Shown here in pieces: positions 48,921-61,451 of a stretch of DNA of 64,000 bases. The stretch spans positions 18,850,001 through 18,914,000 of the forward strand of contig CM119372.1 of assembly GCA_051294905.1 (NCBI GenBank). The letters are read 5' to 3'. The notes under the pieces are model-generated. The model was given only the letters and a program-made list of their open reading frames with translations, did not search any database and was not told the origin of the DNA. The stretch comes from Botryllus schlosseri (taxonomy: Eukaryota). Numbering within the stretch: the stretch's first letter is position 1; each line of letters begins with the position of its first letter. Position numbers and translations under genes: made by a program.

Positions 48921-48929
48921 TGGTTAGAC

Positions 48930-49497
48930 CAGGGTTGTAATGAATCGAGTCATGACTCGACTTGACTCGAGTCATTTTCTCAAAATACGGAAATGAGTTG
49001 ACTTGATTTGACTCGAATCAATCCGTGTATTTACTCGACTTGTAGCCTACTCGAGTCAATTCACATGACTTGAACCAAGTCATATGACTCGAGACTCAGA
49101 CGGCTTAGGCCGACATTTCATTGTAATTTTGAAGAATAGTAGAATAACCACACTATTGGGATTTCGTCTAACGGTATTGATACTTGAATATGCGATCAGA
49201 AACAGCTAAAAGTGAGCAAAATTAGTATATCATAAATGCGAAACATTCGATATCACCAAGCAGAGTTATAAAAAGTGGGTTTAACTATAATTTAACTAGA
49301 AACTGAGCAGTCAACACAATGACTTGGACTCGGACTCGAGTCATAATACCGTGACAAGGACTCGACCATCTGCGCGCTGACTTGGACTCGGAGTTGACTC
49401 GGTGGGGAGTTAAAAGTGACTCGACTTGACTGGAGTCAAAACTGTGAAAGAGAGATTGACTTGTGACTCGGAGCCTTGTGACTTGGTTACAACCCTG
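48930..49497. mobile_element. hAT MITE (GACTC family, CAGGGTTGTAA ends)
   Basis: TIR cagggttgtaa / ttacaaccctg; TSD ggttagac / gattaggc (6/8). Confidence 0.85.
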
Positions 49498-50412
49498 GAT
49501 TAGGCTACTATATTTTGGGAATCTGAAAAGAGGATACTTTTTAAAAATTTCCAGACTTACAATACCGGAGTAGATACCGGATAAATTTGTAAATTTATTG
49601 CGAGTTAGTAGTTGGTTGACTACAAAAAAGGTCAAATTTCTGGCTCGACTGCCGGACGACCCGCCCGACGGATAAATGATGAGATCATTTGCTTATGGCA
49701 TCACAATATGAATGTAATTTTTACAAGCTGCATACAGTTGATAAGAACATTGTACGATATTGTACATCCGGTCAACATGTTCTGAAGCATAAACTGAACC
49801 TTTTATTGTGATAGCTAGTCATCGGTCCATTGTAATTATGGTCGAATTTAAAACAGTGTTTTAAACAAAGGCCTAAAACTGTGTTTTTAAGCAGTATAAT
49901 TATGCCATAATAATTGTGTTAAAAACTTTCAAAAACATGTTGTATGAGGCTATACGGACGACGATTACTACCCGATATAGCAGACGCAGGGAGTTCTAGA
50001 AATCCCTGAGCCGACGTATACGAGATGGGATGGTTGGTATACCCCAAAAATAGCCGGTTGAACAGCGAAAGTACGTAGGTATAGATCCTTGGTACGGAAT
50101 GAATGTTCTGATGATGATGACCGCCGACCATAAATATTCTGAAAGAGGATGTAGTCCTGGATAAATATGTTTTTGGTCCGTATATGACAGGGGTTGGAAG
50201 CCTATTTCGTCAAAGGAGCTATATTTACCCTATATTTTCAATTGTCAGTATCAATCCACGATGATGTCACAATTTAATATGCGTGACGTCACGGCTTGAA
50301 AAAAAAACATGTTTTAAACAAGGGATTTGTCTTAAATTGATTTTTGTTTTAAACAACCCTAATTGTAATGCGGATCTGGTACCCCCAGCACACCCCATCC
50401 GAGTGGTACACT

Positions 50413-50441
50413 CGGGGCCTATACGAATATCGTAGGCCCCG
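50413..50441. mobile_element. 29-bp palindromic micro-element
   Basis: cggggccta(ta)cga-ata-tcgtaggccccg; flanks gtacact / gtacacc (6/7). Confidence 0.55.
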
Positions 50442-50475
50442 GTACACCCTTTAAAAATTACGGTAGCCTACACCT

Positions 50476-51305
50476 TGGGCAAACTTTCCAGCGCGCGGGC
50501 CGCATTCAACATCTGAAACCATTCGCGGGCCGCACTATATTAAATTTGGATTATTAGCTAAAGCGCAATATTTTTTTTAAATTATATAGGGACCGAGGAA
50601 TTATTGAGATGATTTCTATGCATATACATTTAAAACTAAACAAATGATATTGTATACGCGTCAGAAACATAGACAAGATATTTTACGCTGGTCGTCCTCA
50701 ATAAGCAATTTGGTAAAATTTGGTGAGAAAGGCGGCATTGTCAATTCTTAAAATTGTTTAAATCATTGAGGAACGATATGCCCATCGATTTGCTTATTCT
50801 ACTTTCGGTGTACCTCCACGACAGGCAATGCTGACAGCATCATAATCATGCTACCTTCAATATACGCTTCTACAATATAGTTGATATAAATATAAAATAC
50901 TTATACACATATATGGAGGACATATCTATACCTAACACACGCGTGAATAGGTGTCGCAAATACAGCAACAAAAGTAAAAGAATTGCTGGAGTTACCAATT
51001 TAATATCGCACTCATGATCCGAATTATGTTATTTCCGTTTTGAATTTCTATGATGTTTGCCAACTGCAACTTTTGAAAATGCATGGGCCTTGAGATCAGG
51101 CTACTACGTCAGCAATAAAATAAACATTGCAAATATATAACTTATCATTGTCATGAGGAAGTATAGGCTAGTAAGAAAAGGTATTGCCAAGTCGCTGCAA
51201 AATTACATTTTAGTACGCATTATATTTTCTTGAGGCTTTCACGGGCCGCACAAAACGGTGTTCCGGGCCGCATGCGGCCCGCAGGCCGTAGTTTTCCCAC
51301 TCCTG
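50476..51305. mobile_element. hAT (Charlie/Buster-like) non-autonomous element
   Basis: gggcaaacttt..gcgggccgca subterminal motifs; right end gggccgcatgcggcccgcaggccgtagttttcccactcctg. Confidence 0.6.
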
Positions 51306-51880
51306 CCCTAGGTGTACGATACACCCGGTTGAAGAACCCCGGTCTATACACTGCCAATCTACACATCCGTGAGGTACAACTTGAGCCTGCTCCTGGTGAC
51401 TAAACCGTTACCTCAAAATCCACGCCCTTGTTTTTCATTGAATAGTTTACTATCAAGCATACGTTAAATTATATTGCAAACCACAGAGATTCAATTCTAC
51501 CAACGCGTTTAGTCGAAAAGAATCGAATTGCCAAAAGAAATACGGTGAATGGCCATTTTAATACCGTTATATGTATTATCAAGTCGCGATTCGGGTTTCT
51601 GTGACGGCCGGGGATCTTATTTTGAGTCAGATAAGTGATACGGTAATGCGACCACGGATATTTGATTAATACTTCTGTGTATATTATAGTATATATTATA
51701 GTATTATATTTTCGATGTATCCTGCATAAAGTGGTTTCGCATTGGCGTTTTCGCTTCTATGGGAATAACTATAGTTTTTGGTCCATTTGTCCATAACACT
51801 CGGAACTCGGTGCATTCACTTTTTTTCCTTCTCGTCATCGAGTGCCAATGTCTGTGATTTGTTCCTTATAGCGACTAGAC

Positions 51881-52591
51881 CAGGGCTTGCCAACCTTTTC
51901 AGCCAAAGGGCCACATTCGATTGACGAACTGTTGCGCGGGCCACTAGCCGCGCAAGGCGCGAAAATTTTTTGAAGTTCACAGGTCAATAATATTGTCACC
52001 TGACTATATTGCGGGCCTGCCGTATATCGCTGGGCTCAGTTTGCAAGGACTGGGCTATCGTCGTCTGGACATATCGATATCGAAAGTTTCGACCAACATG
52101 CGTCAATCATTTTGTGCCTATAGGTTTCATAGTCGACGGTCTTTCTGCGAGTGCAAACTCAAAGTCGCATATGTTGAACGACACTCTGTCTCGTAATCGC
52201 GAATATAGTTAGATTCGATCTGATACATTAGGCGTTCTTTCATTTTCACAAAGGGGCAACAAGATTAAAAGCAAGAAATCGAGGGACAACATGTTTCGCG
52301 AAGCGTGTAGAAAATTTTTACTTTTGATAAATCTATCGCAAATTATTCTGCTTTATTGTTTGTAGTGTACGAAGATCTACCAATATGTGACTGGCTCATG
52401 GATCTGCCAATGCGTCGGAACTGATATTTTAGTGATCACATCTCAAGTTTTGCGGCCAGACTAATCAAATTTTTGGTTGGCCTCACAAGTTCACAATCTG
52501 TGCAATCCATTTTTGATACCATTAGAAATTTCGGAAATTACCTCGCGGGTCACTCAAAACCTTCTCGCGGGCCACGGGTTGGCCGGCCGTG
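51881..52591. mobile_element. hAT (Buster/SPIN-like) non-autonomous element
   Basis: cagggcttgccaacc / ggttggccggccgtg; TSD gactagac / gattagac (7/8); gcgggcc motifs. Confidence 0.75.
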
Positions 52592-52859
52592 GATTAGACT
52601 CTAGAGTTACTAGAGTGAGACCACAAGACCTCTGTTGGATGGTTATAATGTGGCCAATGACCAAAGAACATAGTCGACATTTGCTGTCTTGAGAGATTAT
52701 TTATTGGAACTCATACAAAAAAGTTGACTCGAGTCATTCGAACACGGGATTATAGCTATTTCTGATACTCATTACTCAGTGCCACCTTAACGAACCTCTT
52801 GTATGATTTATGGTTTATGCGTTTATATTTCGGGTCAACAATTGCTGAAGGCTTAAATT

Positions 52860-53300
52860 GTATCTTGGTCAACTTTCACAGTCGCTTGAAAAAGAATTCC
52901 TGAAGTATTTTCCTATACTATGTCTAAAGTGGTTAAAACCTCTTCACGGAATCAAATTTCTCCTGTTATATGCGTGACCAATCCAGAAGTACTTCAAGAT
53001 GATTTTATATAGAAATACTGGACGTGATGTGTTCATTAAAAAATCTGTTTCTCGATTTTGGTGCATGCCTCATGCTCCGGCTATATCCAAAGCAGGAATA
53101 TATCCTGATCCAAAGGCGCTGTCGGAAGCGTTACGCATTATTATTCCGTCCGCGTCCTCACATCTTTGTGAAAGAGGATTTTCGGCTCTGCTTCATATAA
53201 AATCAAATTCGTGGATTTCTAAGACACGGAAACGCATTTTAATACTTACTTGTGCCATGCAGCTGCAGAAATTCCATGAGCTTTCGCTTTGAAACATTAA
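52860..53300 (+). pseudogene. hAT/Buster (Charlie) transposase C-terminal dimerisation-domain remnant
   Basis: FW..ALRIIIPSASSHLCERGFSALLHIKS resembles the PFxSTYLCExGFSxLxxIK motif. Confidence 0.75.
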
Positions 53301-53705
53301 AATTGAAACATAGATTTCGCACGTAATCATGTCAAATTCAAGAAAAGCGCAATTTCTGCAGTTCATGCCAGCCTACACCTAACGGTAGCACGCACAAGAC
53401 AGATGATAGTTGCAGGGTAATTTAGATAGATTTGAACTACAACTTGAGAGGGTCGTATCGCATTTTCGACGTCAAAGCATCTCGATGGTGCAGGTGAAAA
53501 TGAATACCTTTCTGCTAGTCGTTGCAATTCTCAATACAAAATTCATATTTTCTTCATTGAAATATTCAGTTATTTACTACAGGTTGTTCAACGAAGGATA
53601 AAAGGAAAAACTAAGAGAATATTTCATTTATTGTCCTATTTCCGTTTTATATTTTGTATTGTCCTTTAAATTGCTCGTCCAATCTCTTCTTTTACAAGAT
53701 TGTAA

Positions 53706-54559
53706 CAGGGTTGCCAAATTGGCCCTTTTGGGGCCAAATTCCACAAATTTGACCCTTTTTTGAGGCAGTTCGCCCCAAAAAATTAATTTGACCCCTTGGC
53801 CCTTTATTTTCAATGTTTAGTCCTTTTCAGAAACAGTTGAGACATGGCATCAAACTATTATTCAAATAAATGTATCTCGCAAATTGAGCTGACAATTTTT
53901 ACGCCAATGCCAAAGATTCCAGTGGAAACACTGTGGAAGATGAAGATTTTGTTTTCTTTTTGAGAATGTAGACTATGTTGGAATTGTAAATCCAGATTTG
54001 TGAACAGGTGGACGACGAAAAAGCATTGAACACGGCTGGAAGCTATGTAGCAGAAAAATTCGTTGGTTCTTAAACTTTTTTAGACGCGCCGCCTTTTACG
54101 ATGGTGGAAAATTTCGCGCCCCCTAATCATGATATCACAAAATATGTAAGAGAGCAATCAGAATGCCAGCAATCCCCACTGATAGTTTGATGGCATTGTA
54201 GTTGATGGCCTTTGATGAGAGAATTCTCAAATATGAAATTAGGACAATAGACGAGCAATAACCACGAGCTGTAGCTTAGTCGTGCCGATCGCGAAAACAG
54301 TTTTTAGTTAACTGCAGCTTCGCGCCCCCTCCCCCTCGGATGCTTTTACGCGCCCTAGTTTGAGAACCACTGTTGTAAGTAGTGGATTCGGTGTCTTGCA
54401 ACATTATATCAACAATATAAAACTGGAATTCCAGGTTATTGACAAAAGGTCTATGGGTAATGTTGCAACGTTATTGACGTTATTGAACAATTTGGCCCTT
54501 TTTGGTCCCATTTCCGGCGCTGTTTAACCCTTTTTCTCAAAAGATGTCTGGTAACCCTG
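53706..54559. mobile_element. hAT MITE containing a further nested MITE (~54062-54372)
   Basis: cagggttgcca / tggtaaccctg; TSD gattgtaa / gattgtac (7/8); inner element ends tttgagaaccactg. Confidence 0.8.
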
Positions 54560-54596
54560 GATTGTACTGGACACTGTAACTAAACATATATGTAGG

Positions 54597-55038
54597 TAGG
54601 GTTGCATTAAAACAGAAATCAATTTAGAACAAACATGTTTAAAACAAGGCCTTTATTTAAAACAAGTTTTTTAATGTTGTTGTTTTTTACGCCATGACGT
54701 CACGAATTTTCAAGTGTGACGTCATAGTCGATTAACAATGACAATTGAAAATATTGGGTAAATATAGCTCCTTTGACGAAATATCTGTACTAATAATGTT
54801 GAACCGACTACTGTGATGGTTCCAACCACCCCATATCGATATACGTCGTCAATATCGGGTGGAAATTGTCCATAGGCTCATACAACATGTTTTTTGGGAA
54901 ATATTTACACAATTGTGGCATAATTTTACAACTTAAAAAAACACATTTTTATTTTTATAAGGCCTTTTTTTAAAACACTGTTTAAAACATTTTTAAACAA
55001 AGTGTCTTAAAACACCGTTTGTTCTAAACGCAACCCTA
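54597..55038. mobile_element. hAT MITE (TTTAAAAC family)
   Basis: tagggttgc / gcaacccta; TSD tatgtagg / cgtgtagg (6/8); inverted relative of 10086-10513. Confidence 0.8.
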
Positions 55039-55585
55039 CGTGTAGGGATGGTGTGAACAGAGGTGGTCAGTAACGAAGTACTTCTACTTTTTCGAAGTAC
55101 TCAAGTAGTTTCCTCTACTACTTACTCAAGTAGATCTGATTTTCGCTACTTCTACTTCGTAATATTTGGTGATCTACTTACTTACTTTTCGCAATTTTCA
55201 GTTTGTCAAGTAGAAGTAGTTCAATCTTCCAATCAGGAAGATAACCTGAGATTTTTCGGGGCTGTTTTCACGGAGTGTCAACATTTAATTTTCATAAAAG
55301 TTGAGTAAAGCGAAGAATTTTCGTCGCGCTTCGCGCGAAGTGGAGACGGAGTGACCAGTATGATTTCACGAAAGTATCGGTGAATATAATTTAGTCGCGG
55401 GAAATAATTCATCACAGTATATATGGCTCATTATGACGTTTGAAACTGATATTTCGCAATCTAGCATTTACTTGTCATATCATAATCTAGCATGTCCATG
55501 GTGTGTCCTAACCTGGAAAAGTGGACTCTGACTTTCTTTTAGTTGTAGAGCTGCATATCACCTTTGAAACTATCTGGACTAAAGG

Positions 55586-56143
55586 CAGGGTTGTAACCAA
55601 GTCACAAGGTTCCGAGTCACAAGTCAATCTCACTTTTATAGTTTTGATTCGAGTCAAGTCGAGTCATTTTCAATTCAGTACCGAGTAAAATCCGAGTCCA
55701 AGTCACGGAGTAGAGTGCCGAGTCCGAGTCATTGTGTTGACTGCTCTGTTTCCAGTTAAAGTCTTGTTAAACCCACTTTTTATTACTCTGTTTGGTGATA
55801 TCGAATGGTTCGCATTTATAATATGCTAATTTTCCTCACTTATAACAGTTTCTGGCAGCATTTTCAAGTGTTAGAACTGATAGACAAAATAATTATAGTG
55901 TGATAACTTTACTATTCTTCGAAATTACAATGAAATGTCTGTCTTGGTAGACCCAATCTAGAGTCGTCCGAGACTCGGACTCCGAGTCATGCGCAATGAC
56001 TCGAGTACAAGTCGAGTCAATACACAAATTGACTCGAGTCGAGTCGAGTCATTTTTCATTTTTAAGAAAATGACTCGAGTCTAGTCGAGTCAACAAAAAA
56101 TCGTGACTCGAGTTGAGTCATGACTCGAGTCATTACAACCCAG
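55586..56143. mobile_element. hAT MITE (GACTC family)
   Basis: cagggttgtaa / ttacaacccag; perfect TSD actaaagg. Confidence 0.9.
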
Positions 56144-56232
56144 ACTAAAGGCATGAAATACATGTTCCACTTTTAGAAGTAGTATTTACATTTTACTTTT
56201 AATTCCCAGTATCATACACTTTGAGTTATAAT

Positions 56233-57067
56233 CAGGGTTGTAATGACTCGAGTCATGACTCGACTCGAGTCCGACTCGAGTCACGATTTTCTGATGACTC
56301 GACTTGACTCGAGTCATTTTTTAAAAACACGGAAATGACTCGACTCGACTCGAGTCAATCTGTGTATTGACTCGACTTGGACTCGAGTCATTGCGCATGA
56401 CTCGGACCAAGTCATTGACTCGAGACTCAGAGGCAGACTTGGACAACTAGAAAATTTTCAGCTTTTCCAAATTAGATTAGAATTAGATCACTGGAATGTC
56501 GATCTAATTTAGTGAAATTAGACAACTAGAATTATATATACTTATATACTTGGACAACTACGAAATTTTCAGCTTTTCCAAATTAGATTAGAATTAGATT
56601 ACTGGCAATTCGCTCTAATTTAGTGAAATTAGACAACTAGAATTATCTAGTTGTCCAAGTCTGCTCAGACGGCCAATACCGACATTTCATTGTAATTTCG
56701 ATGAATTGTAAAGTAACCACCCTACTGGGATTTCGTCTGATTGGTACTGGTACTCTAAAATGCGACCAGGAACTGCGAAAAGTGAGGAAAATTAGTATAT
56801 TATAAATGCGAAACATTCGATATCACCAAACACAGTTATTTAAAGTGAGTTTAACAAAGCTTTAATAGGAAACTGAGCAGTCAACATAATGACTTGGACT
56901 CGGACTCGAGTCATAATACCATGACTCGGACTTGACCCTCTGCTCGATGACTTGGACTCGGACTTGACTCGGTGGTGAATTGAAAATGACTCGACGTGAC
57001 TCGAGTCAAAACAATATAAGTGAAATTAACTTGTGACTCGTAGCCTTGTGACTTGGTTGCAACCCTG
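56233..57067. mobile_element. hAT MITE (GACTC family), inverted relative to 55586-56143
   Basis: cagggttgtaa / ttgcaaccctg; perfect TSD gttataat. Confidence 0.9.
56434..56663. mobile_element. 230-bp hAT MITE (CTAATT/AATTAG family)
   Basis: TIR cagacttggacaactag / ctagttgtccaagtctg; TSD ctcagagg / ctcagacg; the empty site ctcagacg is visible in the paralogous MITE at ~49095. Confidence 0.85.
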
Positions 57068-58120
57068 GTTATAATTAATATCAGTTCTTTTTTCTGGATA
57101 ACATACATGTTGAAGTATAAAAGCAAGTGTAGTAATGCCTTTAATTTCCGGAAAATATATCGAAAATTGGATACCTGCTGGTATGCATCAATATGAATCA
57201 AGCTCGTCACCTTTCGCATAGCTCAATTTGCACCTTTTTACAATCCATGTGAACGAATTAGGATCGTTTTCACAACTACTTACTTACTTGAGTACTTTTA
57301 AAGTCAGTGAATTCTACTTCTACTTCAAGTAGTTTTAGGTTGCTTGTGGAAGAAGTACTTCTACTCGTACTTGAGTAGATTTTTTCGTCGCTACTTCTAC
57401 TTCTACTTGAGTAGCTTTCTTGACTACTTTGACCACCTCTGGGTGTGAACCTCTGGAAGGTTCAGGTTCGTGTGAACGCGAACCCTTTTGAATTTTATGA
57501 CGTCATAATGCTACTTAAAACCCTGCATTTCAGTGAAGTGATAATGCACTGCACACACGATACCTAGCGACGAGTCGGGCCACATAGCCTAATGCCACAA
57601 TGCTGAAGTACATACTGACTTTTTAGACGTCTCGAAATGTATGAACTGGAGCAATCAAATGCTATAATAATCCCATAAAATCAATATCTTTCGTCGCTTT
57701 GCCAATAATTTCGACGATAATTTGCAATGGAATAAAAGCTTACGCCTTAACGGTCTAGGCCGGACCGGGCAATGTATTATTCGGCGTCTTGAGTGTTGCT
57801 ACATTGATAATGAGAAGAGTGTAAAACGGTTATTACCCCATTAACAAGTTATGCAGCAGTAGCCAACACCCCAATCACACGAACTTGGTTTTTATGACAC
57901 AATAAACATAAATGAAATGAAATCGAGGTGGATCCCGTACGCTTGCTAGATTTTTTTTACATCAGACAACGATATCAATTTCATTGATTGGTTGAATAAG
58001 CATCATTCGCTGACTACGTACATGTAGCGTACATCGCTTTTGATGTCGTGAGTAGTGTAGTCGATCGGTCTGGGTGTGCCTGGGGCGCTTATGGCGGGGT
58101 CGCATGCTAACGCGAAAACC

Positions 58121-58250
58121 GGGGGTGGCATGCTAACGTTTTCGTCTTATGGCGGGGGTGGCATGCTAACGTTTTCGTCTTATGGCGGGGGTGGCATGCT
58201 AACGTTTTCGTCTTATGGCGGGGGTGACATGCTAACGTTTTCGTCTTATG
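58121..58250. repeat. 33-bp tandem repeat, about 4 copies plus degenerate flanking copies
   Basis: gggggtggcatgctaacgttttcgtcttatggc. Confidence 0.9.
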
Positions 58251-58868
58251 GGTGCGGTCGCATGATAACGCGAAACTCGTGGTGGCATGCTAATGTTTTT
58301 AGGTATACGTGCGGCGACATGCTAACGACGATAAATGTGTCTGTCATGTATTCTTACGCGATCTGTGGCGACTCGCCATGTGTTCTTGCGGTCGTGATTC
58401 GTACTTTCAGGCATCTCTCACGCGGTGTTGAATATGTACGAGTCGCCAACAATAACCGCACAAACGGAAACGTGGCTTGCAAGAGGATTAAGCAGTGCGA
58501 CCTATATTTCGAATGACCTGCGCGCTGACTTATTTCTCGTCCAGTCGCTACTATCGATTATTACACTAGACCGGTCAGTGCGAAATAGTTTGATCGTAAA
58601 TTATGATATATGATGTCGTAGTTTAGTCGCGTCAAATGACCGATCGTGTTCTCTTTCCTCACTATTGATTGCTACCTGAATAATACTTTCGGCTTATTCG
58701 CTGTTTCGCGCCTACAGAATAGTCTGCTGTTCACAGTCACAACTTCATCGCGATAGCACAATTTCCACACCTCAATCAGTAGAACAACACCGCACTAACC
58801 CAGTTGTCGAATCACATAGGTCATACATTTTACGCGAAATATTGTATTGTGGTATGCAAATATGCAAA

Positions 58869-59480
58869 CTATTCTTTCAATTCAACAAGTCTAGTTAACG
58901 GATCGATTTTCAAGCTGCCGACACAGTTTTTAACACGAGTGAGTTGATATTTCTTCCCGGGTACGAGCGAGGCTTTGTTCCATTGATCCAAAACCACCTC
59001 ACCAGTATCATCCTTCAATGTAAAACTGTATAATTTCAACTCCTTTCCGGCGCCAGAATTGACCATCTTCTCCTCTCGAGAAACACAAGCAGCGGCGATC
59101 GAGACGTATTCATCTTTATTTCCGTATACCGATTCACAGGTCAATAATGGGTATTCTTCAGTCGTATGTCTCGATTTTCCATGCAGAGTTACTGACGAAG
59201 CCTGTCCCAGTAATACAGCAGGTTTTCCAGTAAATTTATCAATTTGCACCCAACCGGATTTGACCATGAGTTTTTTTCGTTTGGAGAATGCTTTCTCAAT
59301 GACCCCGAACAATTCACGATTGAAACACGTGAAAGATATCTCTTCGTTATTGCCGTCGATGAATATACCTTTGAGATATTGGCTAACGCCGCCTCTTTTG
59401 GGTGATGAGACGAATTTGACGCCGACGTGAAAATTTGAAGTTGCTCCGACTTGCATAGTGTTGACGCTGTTCGATGTCAT
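58869..59480 (-). CDS. Tandem OB-fold, RPA/SSB-like ssDNA-binding protein (203 aa, intronless)
   Basis: Intact ATG-to-stop ORF. The second half VSIAAACVSREEKMV..KELKLYSFTLKDDTGEVVLDQWN..LVPGKKYQLTRV fits the RPA-type OB pattern (LxDxTGxIxLxxW..GxxY); the first half VKFVSSPK..YLKGIFID..ISFTCF looks like a second OB fold. Confidence 0.65.
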   Translation of the reverse strand: MTSNSVNTMQVGATSNFHVGVKFVSSPKRGGVSQYLKGIFIDGNNEEISFTCFNRELFGVIEKAFSKRKKLMVKSGWVQIDKFTGKPAVLLGQASSVTLHGKSRHTTEEYPLLTCESVYGNKDEYVSIAAACVSREEKMVNSGAGKELKLYSFTLKDDTGEVVLDQWNKASLVPGKKYQLTRVKNCVGSLKIDPLTRLVELKE

Positions 59481-61396
59481 ATCGTTTGATAAAGTGTCAA
59501 CTTGAAATGTAACTCACTACACAAATCGAGTTGAATCGTATTTGAATGTATTGATTCGACCCAACTCAAATCCTATTAACGCGATCTGTTGAATCGAACG
59601 TAACCTGAATATTACTGACGCCAACATTCACCCGCATCGGATCATTCACACATTCCACGCCGCTGTTTTAACACTTATAGAATCAATACCAACTATCTCT
59701 AACCCGATAATATTCAATCATTTTGGTAATTTGCCAACTTTAAATCCATTCGCGGGATGTACTAAAGGTAAATCCAAATAATCCAGAATGAAATATTTGG
59801 ACTTTGACATTGCGTGAATTGAAATAGGTTTGACAAACATGACTACCAACTTTGATCCAGCCACATTTCAAACTCAAAAGAATTATTCACAACATTAACA
59901 ATTGTTAAAAATCTAGTTTCACTTACTTGATTATATCATTACAACTCACAAATTTGAATTAATTCATCCTGGTTGTATTCATATGCTCTATCTTTTTATT
60001 CAATTGTAAAGGTTGTTACTATTCTGAAGACAAAGTATTTACTAATCGGCGCATATACGATTTGACTTGGACATATTATATTTTGAGTATACGAGATTTG
60101 AATGTCTGAACAATAACTGAGAATTAATTTATCACAAATAAATCCGTATATTACAGCGTAAAAGATATTGGGGTGTCAGCAACTCTGTACGGTCGTAGTT
60201 ACAACCACATTAACTAATCTACCCAGGCAACTCGTCATGATCATTCCTGAAATCAACACAAACACGACCACTGACTTGAGTTAACCGCGAAACACCATCA
60301 AGTTTTAAATCCGCTTGCAGCTGACGGATTATTCGAATGCATCGATGGGGAATATTATTGAACTCGTCGGTATTGTTACTTCAACAAATTACACCGACTG
60401 CGAAAGTTAATATCGAATGGTAACACTTGATCACATATTTGTTGATCACAGACATGACGAAAAAAAAAACATTACCGAGATTTTATAAACTAGTCATATT
60501 ACTCTACACATCTATCAATATCAAAATGCGAGTCATCCAATTTTTCTACTAAAGTAACATTGCACTTTCGGATTCGAATTCGGTATAGTCATACAAATTG
60601 TATTAAATCCAACATCAAAACAAAAGGATTTTTTTTTTAGTTTATTGAAATCAAATCATTCGTCTTCGACTTGTGCTTTTCTAGATTACCCGCGACAATT
60701 CGTTTCGAGTGAGTTGTAACCAAAGTCAAGATATCTTTGTGTCCACAGATATGGAAGATGAATATAGCTAACACAATCACGAATCGACGTTTCAGAGTAT
60801 TTCACGGGTGTATTAAACTTGTTAGTGTCACCTATCTAAAAGTACGCACGCATTCGATTTCCATACCGACTGTTGCGATGTTTAGGATTCACTTACAATA
60901 ACCACGGGTGAGGATTTAACATCAATGTCGTTACTGTCGGAATTTGCGACAGAGAATTGAAACATATGCACTTTACAGAGTGTGAAAATATCACTTTGAG
61001 TATCGAGTACCATTCGAAGCTAGCGATCAATTCTTAATCATTTCAGTAACTCCCCATTGTGCGTGCTAAATGTAAAATATCGCGAGGTTATACACTCTAA
61101 GACTTTGATTATTGTAAAAGTAAATTGTGATATGTTTGTTAGATGCATCCAATTCAACTAGAAGTGTCTAGTATCCAACACTCGTAATATCAAAAAAGTA
61201 CTTGCTACACTGTTATTTGCTAAACGTGTTTTGCATTGTTGTTCATTTCTAGTATTGATTGAAATTGTTTTTGAACCCTCAAATAATAATTCCCGACATG
61301 AAACTAAGCCGCCGAAAGTCGTTACCATCACAAAGAAACAATTTGCACGATGTTTACTAAATGTATCCTATAGTTAGGTGTACTGGAATTATTTGT

Positions 61397-61399
<3 letters not shown>

Positions 61400-61449
<50 letters not shown>
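61400..61449. repeat. (CA)n microsatellite
   Basis: About 25 AC units. Confidence 0.95.

Positions 61450-61451
<2 letters not shown>

Larger units (their letters stand above)
55058..57441. mobile_element. hAT element (CTACT/AGTAG family) hosting nested MITEs
   Basis: TIR cagaggtggtca / tgaccacctctg; perfect 8-bp TSD ggtgtgaa. Confidence 0.9.

Noticed and set aside
51676..51710. AT-rich tatagtatatattata as another palindromic micro-element
   Set aside because: Low complexity; palindrome and TSD are ambiguous.
58076..58516. 146-aa ORF with GGGMLTFSSY repeats
   Set aside because: Translation of the 33-bp tandem repeat with a non-ATG start; no independent coding evidence.
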